Below, one piece after another: positions 20,500-29,848 of a DNA stretch of 64,000 bases. Every line of letters begins with the position of its first letter. Positions within the stretch are counted from its first letter, which is position 1. The DNA is from an uncultured Gemmatimonadales bacterium (GTDB taxonomy: Bacteria; Gemmatimonadota; Gemmatimonadetes; Gemmatimonadales; GWC2-71-9), in contig CAVSLV010000001.1 of NCBI GenBank assembly GCA_963728915.1, positions 512,001 to 576,000 on the forward strand, given 5' to 3'. Position numbers and translations under genes: made by a program. Below the pieces are notes generated by a model. That model saw only the letters and a program-made list of their open reading frames with translations, made no database searches and had not been told where the DNA came from.

Positions 20500-21552
20500 T
20501 TATCGGGTGGTGATGGTCACCGTCGCGCTCATCCCCGGCCGCAATTCCGCGGCGCTGTCCTGAGGCATCGCCAGAAGGATCCGTACCGGAACCCTCTGCA
20601 CCACCTTGGTGAAATTTCCGGTGGCGTTGTCCGGCGGCAACAGCGAGAACTTGGCGCCGGTTGCGGGGCTCAGGCTCTCCACCCGGCCGTTGAAATCACG
20701 CCCGGGGTACGCATCCACTCCGATCTCGGCCTGGTCTCCGGGGACGATTCCCCGGACCTGGGTCTCCTTGAAGTTTGCCACGACCCAGACGTCGTCCAGC
20801 GGCACCACGCTCATGAGCGGCTGGCCGGGCTGCACCAACTGGCCGACTTCCACCGATTTGTGGCTGATGACGCCGTTGGATGGGGCCGTGATCACGGTAT
20901 AGGAGAGGGCGAGCGCCGCCTGGTCGCGGTTGGCGCGCGCAATCGCGACCCGGGCATCGGCGCCCCGGAGTCCGGCCTGTGCGGCGATCACCTGGTCGTC
21001 GGCCGCCCGGCTGTTCTCCCGCGCCACCGCAAGCTGCGCCTCCGCGGTCCTCGCCGCGGTCTCGGCGGCATCGAACTGCTGCTTGCTGACGATATTGCGC
21101 TGGGCCAGACCGGTGAGCCGTTCCAGGTCGCGGGCGGCCTTGGCCGCGGTGGCTTCCGCCTGGGTGACCGCGGCCCGCGCGGCTTCCGCGTTGGCGCGAG
21201 CGGAGGAGAGCTGCGCCGAGGATTGACCCGCACCCGCGCGCCCGCCGGAGCCCGAAGCCGCGACGGCGGCGACAAGCTCGGCATCGGCCCTATCGAGCGC
21301 CGCGCGAAGATCGCGATCGTCCAGCGTCACCAGGGTATCTCCCGAACGGACCCGGGCGTTCTCGACGACTGCGACCCGAATGACATAGCCGCCGACCTTG
21401 GACAACACCGGAATCACGTGCCCTTCCACCTGCGCATCGTCGGTACTCACGTGAGACCGGGACCACCACCAGCGCCGTACTCCGAAGACGATCGCCACCA
21501 GGAGGACCAAGGCCCCCACGATGAAGCCCACCCGCCGCTTGTCCGTCGCCAT
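20500..21552 (-). CDS. emrA: HlyD/EmrA membrane fusion protein
   Basis: STDDAQV, VVANFKETQ, FSLLPPDNATGNFTKVVQRVPVRI. Confidence 0.93.
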   Translation of the reverse strand: MATDKRRVGFIVGALVLLVAIVFGVRRWWWSRSHVSTDDAQVEGHVIPVLSKVGGYVIRVAVVENARVRSGDTLVTLDDRDLRAALDRADAELVAAVAASGSGGRAGAGQSSAQLSSARANAEAARAAVTQAEATAAKAARDLERLTGLAQRNIVSKQQFDAAETAARTAEAQLAVARENSRAADDQVIAAQAGLRGADARVAIARANRDQAALALSYTVITAPSNGVISHKSVEVGQLVQPGQPLMSVVPLDDVWVVANFKETQVRGIVPGDQAEIGVDAYPGRDFNGRVESLSPATGAKFSLLPPDNATGNFTKVVQRVPVRILLAMPQDSAAELRPGMSATVTITTR

Positions 21553-21572
21553 GCCTGCTCCCTGTGCCGAGG

Positions 21573-22919
21573 TTAGCGAATCGTCTCCGCCATCCCGGTG
21601 GCCCGTGCCAGCCGGATCCTGGCCGTCGCCCCGGCCGTGCGCGCGTCGATGAGCGCATCCCGGGCCCGGAGGAGGGACGATTGCGCGTTGATGACTTCGA
21701 TATTGCCGGCCACGCCGCTCTGAAAGCGCTCCTCCGCCTGGGCCACCTCGTCTTCCGCCAGCGACAGTCCTTCCAGCGCCACCCGTTCCTGCTCGCCGGC
21801 CGAGGCCAGGTCCAGCAACGCTGCATCCACCTCGGCGTCGAGCTGCTGCTCGGTATCGCGCTCCCGGGCCGTGGCGGCGTCGATGATGGCGTTCTGTTCC
21901 GCGATGCGCGATTCCCGTCGCAACCCATCGAAGAGCGGGAGCGTCAAGGCCAGCGCGACCTGCCGGGTCGCGAGGCCGCTGGTGAACGAGGTGCCGCTGA
22001 ACCCGGCGTCCCCTTCGACCTCGAGTCTCGGGAGCCGTTCGGACTTGATCGCTCCCTTTTCGAGCGAGGCGTGTTGGACCATCGCCCGCTCCAGCGCGAG
22101 ATCCGGGCGCCGCTCCCGGGCCAGTTGCCGCGCCGCCATCTGCTCTTCCGGCGCCTCGGACCGGGCCAGCGTGGCCGCCAGGGTATCGGTGAGCAGGAAT
22201 CGCCGCGCCGGATCGACGCCCATGGAGCGGGCCAGCTCGATCTCGGCGCGCGACCGGTTGTTCTCCGCCACCAGCAGGAGTCCCCGGGCCCCGGCGACCT
22301 GGGTCCGCGCGCGGGTTACGTCGATCCCCGGGCTCAAGCCCGCTTCGAGCTGCGCCTGCGACAGGGCGGCCAGGCGCTCGGCGAGGTCGAGATCGGCTTG
22401 CCGGGCGGCGACGATCGCCTCCGCCCGCACCGCGCCGAGGTAGGCCAGGGCGGTGCGCTCCGCCGCCTGTTCGGCCGCGACCGAGCGGGCGGCCTGGCTC
22501 ACCTGCACGGCGCCGCCGCTGGAACGGATCCGCGCCAGGGTCGAGAAGTCCACCACCGCCTGCCGCAGGGTCGCGCGGGCATCGGTCACGGTGAAGGGGC
22601 CGACCAGGTCGGGAAACGGGGGCGTGCCCGGGACGGTGGGGAACTCCAATCCGAAGGTGTGGATGTTGAAGGTGCGGTTCACATAGCCGGCTGACCCACT
22701 CAAGTCGGGGAACAGTCCGGCGCGGGTCTCGTCCCGCCGGGCGGCAGCTTCGCGCACCATGGCATCGGCTTCAACAACCGGGAGCGCCGCGCCGGCCCCC
22801 CGCTGGACCGCCTCCCCCAGGGAAAGCCGTTCCGGGACAGGGGACTGGGCCAGGGCCACGGCGGGCAGCGGCACCGCGCACCACAGAACGGCGGCGAGTC
22901 TCATGGGTCTCCTCATCAT
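21573..22919 (-). CDS. TolC-family outer membrane efflux protein
   Basis: Signal peptide; two OEP repeats (LFPDLS, RLPRLE, LTLPLFDG, ERFQSGV); lies within the efflux operon. Confidence 0.9.
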   Translation of the reverse strand: MMRRPMRLAAVLWCAVPLPAVALAQSPVPERLSLGEAVQRGAGAALPVVEADAMVREAAARRDETRAGLFPDLSGSAGYVNRTFNIHTFGLEFPTVPGTPPFPDLVGPFTVTDARATLRQAVVDFSTLARIRSSGGAVQVSQAARSVAAEQAAERTALAYLGAVRAEAIVAARQADLDLAERLAALSQAQLEAGLSPGIDVTRARTQVAGARGLLLVAENNRSRAEIELARSMGVDPARRFLLTDTLAATLARSEAPEEQMAARQLARERRPDLALERAMVQHASLEKGAIKSERLPRLEVEGDAGFSGTSFTSGLATRQVALALTLPLFDGLRRESRIAEQNAIIDAATARERDTEQQLDAEVDAALLDLASAGEQERVALEGLSLAEDEVAQAEERFQSGVAGNIEVINAQSSLLRARDALIDARTAGATARIRLARATGMAETIR

Positions 22920-22924
22920 GGGGG

Positions 22925-24472
22925 CTACTCCGCCACGATCTCGGCCGCGGCTTCGCTTCTCCCGCGGACCAGGAGCACCAGCGGCAGGGCGAGCGCAAAG
23001 AGCACGGCAATCAGCCAGAACACATGGTTGTAGGACAGCACGGCGGCCTGGCGCATAACCCGGAGGTCGAGCAGCCGGATTGCCCGCATGGTGGCGGTGA
23101 AGGCATCGGCGCCGAAACGCTGCATCCCGCCGACCGTGCCGGCGATGGCGGCGCGGGTCGCCGGATCATAGAGGCTGATCCGCTCGCCCAGGATCTGGTG
23201 GTAGCGGCTCACCCCGACCGTGAGCTGATTCGCCGCGACCGCAATGCCGACGCTGCCGAAGACCTGGCGGACGACGTTGTACAGGCCGGCGGCGCCGGTC
23301 ATCTGGGGCCGGGGGATGGTCGCGAATGCCGCAGTGCTGAGCGCCAGGAAGATCAGGCTGAAGCCGACGCCCTGCCACACCTGCGGCTGGAGGATGTCCC
23401 AGAAGCCGAGCTGACTGGAGAGATGGGAGAGCTGCCAGAACGAGAAGGCGCTCACCATGAGCCCGGTCGTGGCAAGCGCTCTCGGTCCCACCCGGCGGTA
23501 GATCAATCCTCCGATCGGCATCACCACCGCCATGGCGAGGCTCCGGGGCATGAGGGCGAGGCCCGATTTCATGGCGGGATAGCCGAGCAGGTTCTGGAGG
23601 AAGAGTGGCAGGAGGAAGAGGCTGCCGAATAATCCCATGCCCAGCACCCCGCCGATCGCGGTCGCGGAAGCGAACGGCAGGTTCTTGAGTACCCGCAGGT
23701 TCACCGCGGGCTGCTCGATGCGCAGCTCCTGCCACACGAAGGCCACCAGCGCGATCGTGGCGGTGGCGAAGAGCATCACGATGAAGGAGGACTCGAACCA
23801 GTCGCGCCGCTCTCCCTGTTCCAGCGCGAGCTGAAGGGCGCCCAGCCCGACGGTCAGGAGGCCGATCCCGGCGTAATCGATCCTGCCGCGGGTACGCTCG
23901 AGATAGGGCGGATCGTGAATGAACCGCTGGACCAGGAGGATGCAAACGATGCCGACCGGAAGATTGATGTAGAAGATCCAGGGCCAGGAATACTGATCGG
24001 TGAGCCAGCCGCCGAGGGTGGGGCCGAAGGCGGGCGCCAGCACCACGCCCATGCCGTAGATCCCCATGGCGAGTCCCTGCTCTTCGGTGGGAAAGGTTTC
24101 CCGGAGAATCGCCTGGGAGACCGTCATCAGTACGCCCCCGCCGAGGCCCTGGATAACCCGGAAGGCCACCAGCAGGGGCAGGGTGCGGGCCACCCCGCAC
24201 AGCATGGAGGCGACGGTGAAGAGCACCACGCTGGCAAGGTAGAGATTCTTGCGGCCCAGCCGCGCCGACAGCATGCCGATGATGGGCATGATGATCACGT
24301 TGGACAGCATGTACCCGGTCACCACCCAGGTGATCTCTTCCACGGTGGTGCCCAGGGTGCCGTTCATGTTGGGCAGCGCCACGTTGACGATGCTCGAGTC
24401 GAGCACCGCCATGACGGTCCCGCTCATGACGCTCAGGGTCACGAGCCATTTGTGAGGGGCGACCTGGCTCAT
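22925..24472 (-). CDS. emrB: DHA2 MFS transporter, EmrB-type
   Basis: LDSSIVNVALP, WVVTGYML, FRVIQGLGGG, GPTLGGWL, WIFYINLPVG. Confidence 0.93.
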   Translation of the reverse strand: MSQVAPHKWLVTLSVMSGTVMAVLDSSIVNVALPNMNGTLGTTVEEITWVVTGYMLSNVIIMPIIGMLSARLGRKNLYLASVVLFTVASMLCGVARTLPLLVAFRVIQGLGGGVLMTVSQAILRETFPTEEQGLAMGIYGMGVVLAPAFGPTLGGWLTDQYSWPWIFYINLPVGIVCILLVQRFIHDPPYLERTRGRIDYAGIGLLTVGLGALQLALEQGERRDWFESSFIVMLFATATIALVAFVWQELRIEQPAVNLRVLKNLPFASATAIGGVLGMGLFGSLFLLPLFLQNLLGYPAMKSGLALMPRSLAMAVVMPIGGLIYRRVGPRALATTGLMVSAFSFWQLSHLSSQLGFWDILQPQVWQGVGFSLIFLALSTAAFATIPRPQMTGAAGLYNVVRQVFGSVGIAVAANQLTVGVSRYHQILGERISLYDPATRAAIAGTVGGMQRFGADAFTATMRAIRLLDLRVMRQAAVLSYNHVFWLIAVLFALALPLVLLVRGRSEAAAEIVAE

Positions 24473-24936
24473 GGGGAGGCCGACGAGGCGGCCGCCAGGA
24501 CCGGCCGCAGCCGCCGGAGCGCGTCGGTGACCAGGGCGCGGCTCCGGGAATCCAGCGGAGCCAGGCGTCGCTCCAGATCGGCCCGCGTCATCGCCAGCGC
24601 GTGTTGCAGGGACCGGGCTCCCTTCGCGGTGAGATGAAGCCGGACATGGCGACGGTCCCGGGGCAGGGGGCGCCGCCGCACCAGCCCCCGCCGAACCATC
24701 CCTTCGATCAGGTGGGACGCGGAAGACAGGGCCAGGCCGAGATGGTCGGCCACGTGGGAAAGGGGAGCGTCTGGCGCATCATCCAGGGTGGCGAGGGCCC
24801 GAACCTGCTGAAGCGAGAGGTTGGCCGGCCGGGACCGGCGGATCTCGCTGCGCATGAGCCGGGTCGCGAGCAGGGCGACGTCCATCACCAGCCCGGCACA
24901 CCGCCTCGACCCGCGGGTCTCGACCAATAGTTTCAT
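24469..24936 (-). CDS. MarR-family transcriptional regulator
   Basis: LSLQQVRAL, wHTH and GLVRR...DRRHVRLHLTAKG; ATGA overlap with emrB; start uncertain. Confidence 0.9.
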   Translation of the reverse strand: MKLLVETRGSRRCAGLVMDVALLATRLMRSEIRRSRPANLSLQQVRALATLDDAPDAPLSHVADHLGLALSSASHLIEGMVRRGLVRRRPLPRDRRHVRLHLTAKGARSLQHALAMTRADLERRLAPLDSRSRALVTDALRRLRPVLAAASSASP

Positions 24937-24951
24937 CTTCGAAGTATTGTA
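24926..24951 (-). promoter_or_regulatory. -10 element and imperfect dyad, a candidate MarR operator
   Basis: TACAAT at 24951-24946 overlaps the AT-rich imperfect palindrome AATACTTCGAAGATGAAACTATT. Confidence 0.4.
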
Positions 24952-24993
24952 AACGGATCGGGCCCGGGGCGCCCGGGGGGGGCCGGGACCCGA

Positions 24994-25029
24994 AATGCCG
25001 CCGGCGCGGTTTCCCGCGCCGGCGGCATT
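24994..25029 (-). terminator. Terminator-like hairpin after 25100..25711
   Basis: Perfect 16-bp stem AATGCCGCCGGCGCGG with a GAAA loop on the minus strand. Confidence 0.65.
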
Positions 25030-25099
25030 GGATCATCCGGTCGTGGCTGTCAACAGGATGGCCACCCGAGGGTGCCCGCCCCTCGGGTGGACCAGTCGG

Positions 25100-25711
25100 T
25101 CATGGCCCGGTGCTGGCGCAGTCCAGGCGCGACTGGAATCGAGGCTGGAAGCCCCAGTGGCTGCCCACCAGGAGGAAGGAATTGCGCACGTTAAGGGTGA
25201 TGCCCACGGTCTCGGTCGAGCCGTCCGCGACCTCGAGCGGGCAGATCGGCACCACCGCGGTCCAGCCGCCGCCGGGCGGCTCGACGGTCACCTCGGTGCC
25301 ATCGTGGGTGGTCCCGGAAACCGCCGTCATGACGATCACCACCTGATCATAGGTGCCGGCAGGCAGGGCGCCATCGGGAAGGGTGACCTGCTTGCCGTTC
25401 TCCATCTTCACCACATCCACGGTGACCGGCAGCGCGAAGTCGACGTTGATGAGCTGGCCATCGAGGTTCCGGGCCAGCACGCTCGACAGCGTGACGCTCG
25501 CCGAATCGAACCAGTGCGAGAGATGGGATTCGTCATTATCCAGATTGGCGGAAATCGCGGCGGCGGCGGCACTGCTCCCATCTCCGGAAAGCACGAGGCG
25601 GAGGCGCCCGCTGTTGCTGCCGAACAGACCACCCGCCGAGCATCCGGTTACCGACAACAGCGCCGCGACCGAAAGCAGCGGCACCAGTGAAACAATTCGC
25701 TTCTTGCGCAT
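25100..25711 (-). CDS. Lipoprotein, DUF4382-like
   Basis: VTGC lipobox; LRLVLS, VDVVKMENG and LPAGTYDQVVI pattern. Confidence 0.7.
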   Translation of the reverse strand: MRKKRIVSLVPLLSVAALLSVTGCSAGGLFGSNSGRLRLVLSGDGSSAAAAAISANLDNDESHLSHWFDSASVTLSSVLARNLDGQLINVDFALPVTVDVVKMENGKQVTLPDGALPAGTYDQVVIVMTAVSGTTHDGTEVTVEPPGGGWTAVVPICPLEVADGSTETVGITLNVRNSFLLVGSHWGFQPRFQSRLDCASTGP

Positions 25712-25817
25712 GATGACCTCAGGAAGGGGGTTGTGGGTTCTTCACCGTTGGACGAGCAGCGCCCGGTGGGCCCACACCGCGCACATGGCGGCTGTCGCAA
25801 TTCACGACGTGCGTTCG

Positions 25818-26468
25818 TTACCCCCCAAGGACCAGCTTGCTGCAATGGAATGCCTCGGCGTAGCCTTCCGCCGCGGCGCACTCGACTCCGCGAAGTCGCA
25901 TCAGGCCCAGGAACGTCGCCTCCGCATACCAGTGCTTCCCCGCCTGGGAGGGAAACGCGGAGAGGAGGTGGCTCAATTTGCGGCGCCTCAGCTCCTCGGG
26001 GAGGGGAACGAAGACGTTGGGGGAGCGAAGATCTCCGTCGTACTTGAGGATTTCGTACTCGAGAATCAGGTGGCTCCGGAACGTCTGGTGGGTCAGCTCG
26101 GCCAGGGTGCGATGATCCTGATGGGCGTCGCTCCGGCGGTGGGTGAAGATCAGGTCGGGGACGGTCTCGCGCTGGAGGGTCTCGAACTGGTCTTTGAGCT
26201 CCGCAAAGGCGGCGGGAAAGTATCCGTCCCGGAAGTCGTGCACGGCGATGCCGGCCTCAGGCATCCCGTCGAGCAAGCGTTTCGCGCTGTCCTGGGCCTC
26301 GCGGGCGCGCGCACCGGCGGCGCTGAACACCACCCACCGCACCGCGCTGCCGGGGTGCTCCGCCAGCAGACGTAACACGCTCCCGCCGCAGCCGATCTCG
26401 AGGTCGTCGGCGTGGGCCCCCAGGCACAGCAGGCTGAGCGGACCGGAAGGAAGGGACAGGCTTCGCAT
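25818..26468 (-). CDS. PIG-L/LmbE-family deacetylase
   Basis: GAHADDLEIGCGG, DAHQDH, YEILKYDGD, YAEAF. Confidence 0.92.
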   Translation of the reverse strand: MRSLSLPSGPLSLLCLGAHADDLEIGCGGSVLRLLAEHPGSAVRWVVFSAAGARAREAQDSAKRLLDGMPEAGIAVHDFRDGYFPAAFAELKDQFETLQRETVPDLIFTHRRSDAHQDHRTLAELTHQTFRSHLILEYEILKYDGDLRSPNVFVPLPEELRRRKLSHLLSAFPSQAGKHWYAEATFLGLMRLRGVECAAAEGYAEAFHCSKLVLGG

Positions 26469-26472
26469 CGAC

Positions 26473-27189
26473 TCAGGTTCGCCAGATCATCCAGGGCGGC
26501 CGGGGTTCCGCATACAGGGAATCAACCCGTTGCTTGTCCTTGGCCGTATCGATGGCGATCCAGAACCCGTCGTGGCGGTAGGACACGAGCTGGCGCTCCG
26601 CCATGAGGCGGCGGAACGGCTCTTCGACCAGGTCCTCGCCATCGCGAAGGTACCGGAAGATGTCGCGGGTCAGGATGAAGAAGCCCCCATTGATGCGGAT
26701 CTCCGATCGCTCGATGCTTCCGAACTCGGTGACCACCCCGTCCGGGTCGGCGGTGACGGTATGGTAACTCAGGGCGGTTCGCACGCTCAGAAAGCTGGCG
26801 ATCCGCTTGTGGCGGCGAAAGTCGTCGATCTGGCGGCTCAAGACATGATCGGAGAGGCCATCGGAATAGTTGGCGAGAAAGACCTCTTCGCCTGCCAGCT
26901 CGGCCTCGACTGCCCGGAGGCGCTGGCCGATGTTGGCCTCGGCGCCGGTGTCCACCAGCCGGATGGACCAGTCCTCGGCGAGCCCCGGATGGTCGTGGAA
27001 GAAGCGCTCGATCACATCGCCCCGATAGCCGAGGCAGAGGATGAAATCCTTGAACCCCTGATGGGCATAGTATTTCATCAGGTGCCAGAGGAGCGGCCGG
27101 TCGCCGATGGTGACCATCGGTTTGGGCACGTTCTCCCTGTACTCCCGAAGCCGCATCCCCAGCCCTCCGCAGAACAGAACGACTTTCAT
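26473..27189 (-). CDS. rfbF: Glucose-1-phosphate cytidylyltransferase-like
   Basis: VVLFCGGLGMRL, PKPMV, LVDTG, NYSDGL, INGGFF, FWIAIDT; ATGA overlap with the upstream GT2. Confidence 0.85.
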   Translation of the reverse strand: MKVVLFCGGLGMRLREYRENVPKPMVTIGDRPLLWHLMKYYAHQGFKDFILCLGYRGDVIERFFHDHPGLAEDWSIRLVDTGAEANIGQRLRAVEAELAGEEVFLANYSDGLSDHVLSRQIDDFRRHKRIASFLSVRTALSYHTVTADPDGVVTEFGSIERSEIRINGGFFILTRDIFRYLRDGEDLVEEPFRRLMAERQLVSYRHDGFWIAIDTAKDKQRVDSLYAEPRPPWMIWRT

Positions 27190-28085
27190 GACGCCTCTTT
27201 GTTCCGGCTCGGCAGCGCCGTTGCGCGGAGCTCGTGCCACAACCGGTCGCGTTTCCAGCGGAACCCATTCAGGACCTGCCAGGAGAGCCCCAGCTTTCGG
27301 CCGAGGGACAACTCCGCTCGTGCGACGCTGCCCAATTCGTCTCGCAGCCGGCACCAGGTAGGCATCGTTGCGCCGGTTCCCCTTCCCCAGTACTGGACCA
27401 CCCAGTCCGGATCCGTCCGGTTATTGCTCATGGAGCCCTGGTGGAGCCGGCGCTGCTGGAGCACCGCGGGGACTTCCATGAATTTTCCCAGCAGGCTGAG
27501 CTCCCCGAGCAGCACGTAGTCGCCCCCCAGATAGGGAGGCAACATCCGGGTGCGGGCCAGGGCGTCGCGCCGAATGACCCCGAGCAGGGAATTCACCCAG
27601 TGGCCGGCCCCGATGACCTTGCGAAACCGCTCCGCCGCCGACTCCTGGGGCAGGTGCCAGCCAGGATCGTTGTGGGCCAGGGGCTGTCCATCCCCATCGA
27701 TGAACTGGGTTCGGGTGCAGGCCAGCACGACGTCGGCGTGGGTATCCAGGAGCGCCACGCAGCGAGCCAGGAAGTGCGGGAGCGCAAGGTCATCACTGGT
27801 CGCCCATTTGAACAGGGGGCCGGTGGTCCGGGTGAAGACCTGGTTGAAGTTCGCCGCGAGACCGATGTTCTCCGGGTTACGCTCGTAGCGAACCCGGGGG
27901 TCCGCCGCCGCGAATGCCCGCCCGATCGCCTCGGTGTCGTCGGTGGAGGCGTTGTCGCTGATGAGCAGCTCGAAATCCTCGAAGGTCTGCGCCAGCAGGG
28001 CCCGCAGGCTTGCTTCGAGGGTCTTGCCCCCGTTGCGCACCGGCAACCCGATGCTGAGCCTCCGGTGAGCGCCGGGTGCGGTCAC
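27186..28085 (-). CDS. Family 2 glycosyltransferase
   Basis: SIGLPVRNG, ISDNASTD, NIGLAANFN, KWATSDD; GTGA overlap with the upstream epimerase. Confidence 0.92.
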   Translation of the reverse strand: MTAPGAHRRLSIGLPVRNGGKTLEASLRALLAQTFEDFELLISDNASTDDTEAIGRAFAAADPRVRYERNPENIGLAANFNQVFTRTTGPLFKWATSDDLALPHFLARCVALLDTHADVVLACTRTQFIDGDGQPLAHNDPGWHLPQESAAERFRKVIGAGHWVNSLLGVIRRDALARTRMLPPYLGGDYVLLGELSLLGKFMEVPAVLQQRRLHQGSMSNNRTDPDWVVQYWGRGTGATMPTWCRLRDELGSVARAELSLGRKLGLSWQVLNGFRWKRDRLWHELRATALPSRNKEAS

Positions 28086-29110
28086 GCCCTCACCCAGCGC
28101 AGGTCCCGATCGAGCCGGTGCTCTCCGAGGAGCTGCTTGAGGCGCCCGATCCGCAGATAGCGGGCGCCCAGGAACTCGGTCTCGTTGAGCCGGTAGCGGC
28201 GAAACGCGTCGTAGAGCTGCTCGATTCCCCGGCGCAGGGACCAGCGGGGGCGGGCGTCGGGCAGCACCCGGGCCAGTTTCTCGCAGGCGACCCGGTAACA
28301 CCGCGGGTCGGGTCCGCCTCCCTCGGCGTACTGAATGTCCACCCCCGGAGCGACTTCCGCTACCAGGGCGGCGATGTCGCGGATCTGGTAATTCTCGCTG
28401 CTCTGGCCGACGTTGAAGGCCTGATTGTGAATGCGCTCTCTCGGAGCGGTCAGTCCGGCGAGCAATGCCCCGGCGATGTCCTCGACATGAACCAGCGGCC
28501 GCCAGGGAGTGCCGTCGCTCGCGATGCGCACCGTGCCGGTGGTCCAGGCATACCCGACCAGGTTATTCACGACCAGGTCGGCCCGGAGCATGGGCGACAC
28601 ACCGTAGGCCGTCGCATTCCGGAAGAACACCGGGCTGAAATCGTCGTCCGCCAGCATCGCGAGATCGCGCTCGCTCCGCACCTTGGATTCGCCATAGGCC
28701 GTGATCGGATGGAACGCCGCGTCCTCGTCGAGCATGGCGTCTCCCGCTTTTCCGTAGAGCGCGCACGAGGAGGCGAACAGGAAGCGGGACACCCCGGCTT
28801 CCCTGGCCAGCCGGGCCAGGCGAACTCCGGCGAGATGATTGATGTCGAAGGTGCACGCCGGGTTGAGCTCCCCCAGCGGGTCGTTGGAGAGCGCGGCGAG
28901 GTGGATGATGGCCTCGAAGCCCTCGAGCGCCTCGCGGGTTACGTCCCGGACGTCACGGCGCAGGGTGGGTACCGCGGCCGGCGCCGTCCCGAAGCCGCAC
29001 CCTTCGTAAAGACCGGTGTCGAGCCCGACCACGTCGTGGCCGGCCGCGGTGAGGACGGGGACCAGCACCGCTCCGATATAGCCTTCATGCCCGGTGACCA
29101 GAACACGCAT
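28082..29110 (-). CDS. NAD-dependent NDP-sugar epimerase/oxidoreductase (extended SDR)
   Basis: TGHEGYIG, HLAALSNDP, FASSCALYG, YGESK, RPLVHVED. Confidence 0.92.
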   Translation of the reverse strand: MRVLVTGHEGYIGAVLVPVLTAAGHDVVGLDTGLYEGCGFGTAPAAVPTLRRDVRDVTREALEGFEAIIHLAALSNDPLGELNPACTFDINHLAGVRLARLAREAGVSRFLFASSCALYGKAGDAMLDEDAAFHPITAYGESKVRSERDLAMLADDDFSPVFFRNATAYGVSPMLRADLVVNNLVGYAWTTGTVRIASDGTPWRPLVHVEDIAGALLAGLTAPRERIHNQAFNVGQSSENYQIRDIAALVAEVAPGVDIQYAEGGGPDPRCYRVACEKLARVLPDARPRWSLRRGIEQLYDAFRRYRLNETEFLGARYLRIGRLKQLLGEHRLDRDLRWVRA

Positions 29111-29116
29111 TGTTGC

Positions 29117-29848
29117 TCAGGGTGGGAGGAGAGGACGGATGCTCAGATCGGTAACCTCGGCGGTTCCCGGCAACGCGAGCGCCTGGAGCACCATCGTTGC
29201 GACGTCGTCCGCCTGCAACAACCGTTCCGGGCGATAGGGGATGCCCTCCGCCGCGCAGACGACGACCTGCATGGGGGTCGCGGTCCGGCCCGGATACACG
29301 CTCAGGACCCGGATCCCCTCCGGGTTCAGCCGGTCCCGGAGCCGGTCGGCCAGAGATCGCAACGCCTGTTTGCTCTCGCCGTACGCGGTCTCCCGGTGGA
29401 CTCCCGGCAACCCCGCGCTCGAGTTGATGAACACCAGTTGGCCGCGCGGGCGCCGGAGCTCGGGAAGCAGGGCTTCGGTGAGCAGCTCGGGGGCGCGGAC
29501 ATTGACCTGGAAGACGCGATGCCGTGCCCCGGGCTCGCTCTCTCCGGGCTCTCCCTGAAAAATGCCAGCACTGTGGACCAACACATCGACGACCCCGAGC
29601 TCCCGGGCAATCCGGATTCCCAGGCGTCCGGGCTCTTCGGCGAGAGCGAGATCCGCGGCGAGACAGACCGGCCTGCCTCCTCGCGCGGCGATGTCGGCGG
29701 CCACCGCCTCGAGCTGCGCGAGGCGCCGGCCCACCAGCGCCACGGTGCTTCCCGGGTGGGCAAGTCCCAGCGCGATCGCCCGTCCGATGCCGCTGCTCGC
29801 GCCGGTGACGACCGAGACTGGTCCCGGCGTCGTCTCGTCACGCGTCAT
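29117..29848 (-). CDS. Classical SDR oxidoreductase
   Basis: TGASSGIG, VHSAG, NSSAG, YGESK, YPGRTAT. Confidence 0.92.
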   Translation of the reverse strand: MTRDETTPGPVSVVTGASSGIGRAIALGLAHPGSTVALVGRRLAQLEAVAADIAARGGRPVCLAADLALAEEPGRLGIRIARELGVVDVLVHSAGIFQGEPGESEPGARHRVFQVNVRAPELLTEALLPELRRPRGQLVFINSSAGLPGVHRETAYGESKQALRSLADRLRDRLNPEGIRVLSVYPGRTATPMQVVVCAAEGIPYRPERLLQADDVATMVLQALALPGTAEVTDLSIRPLLPP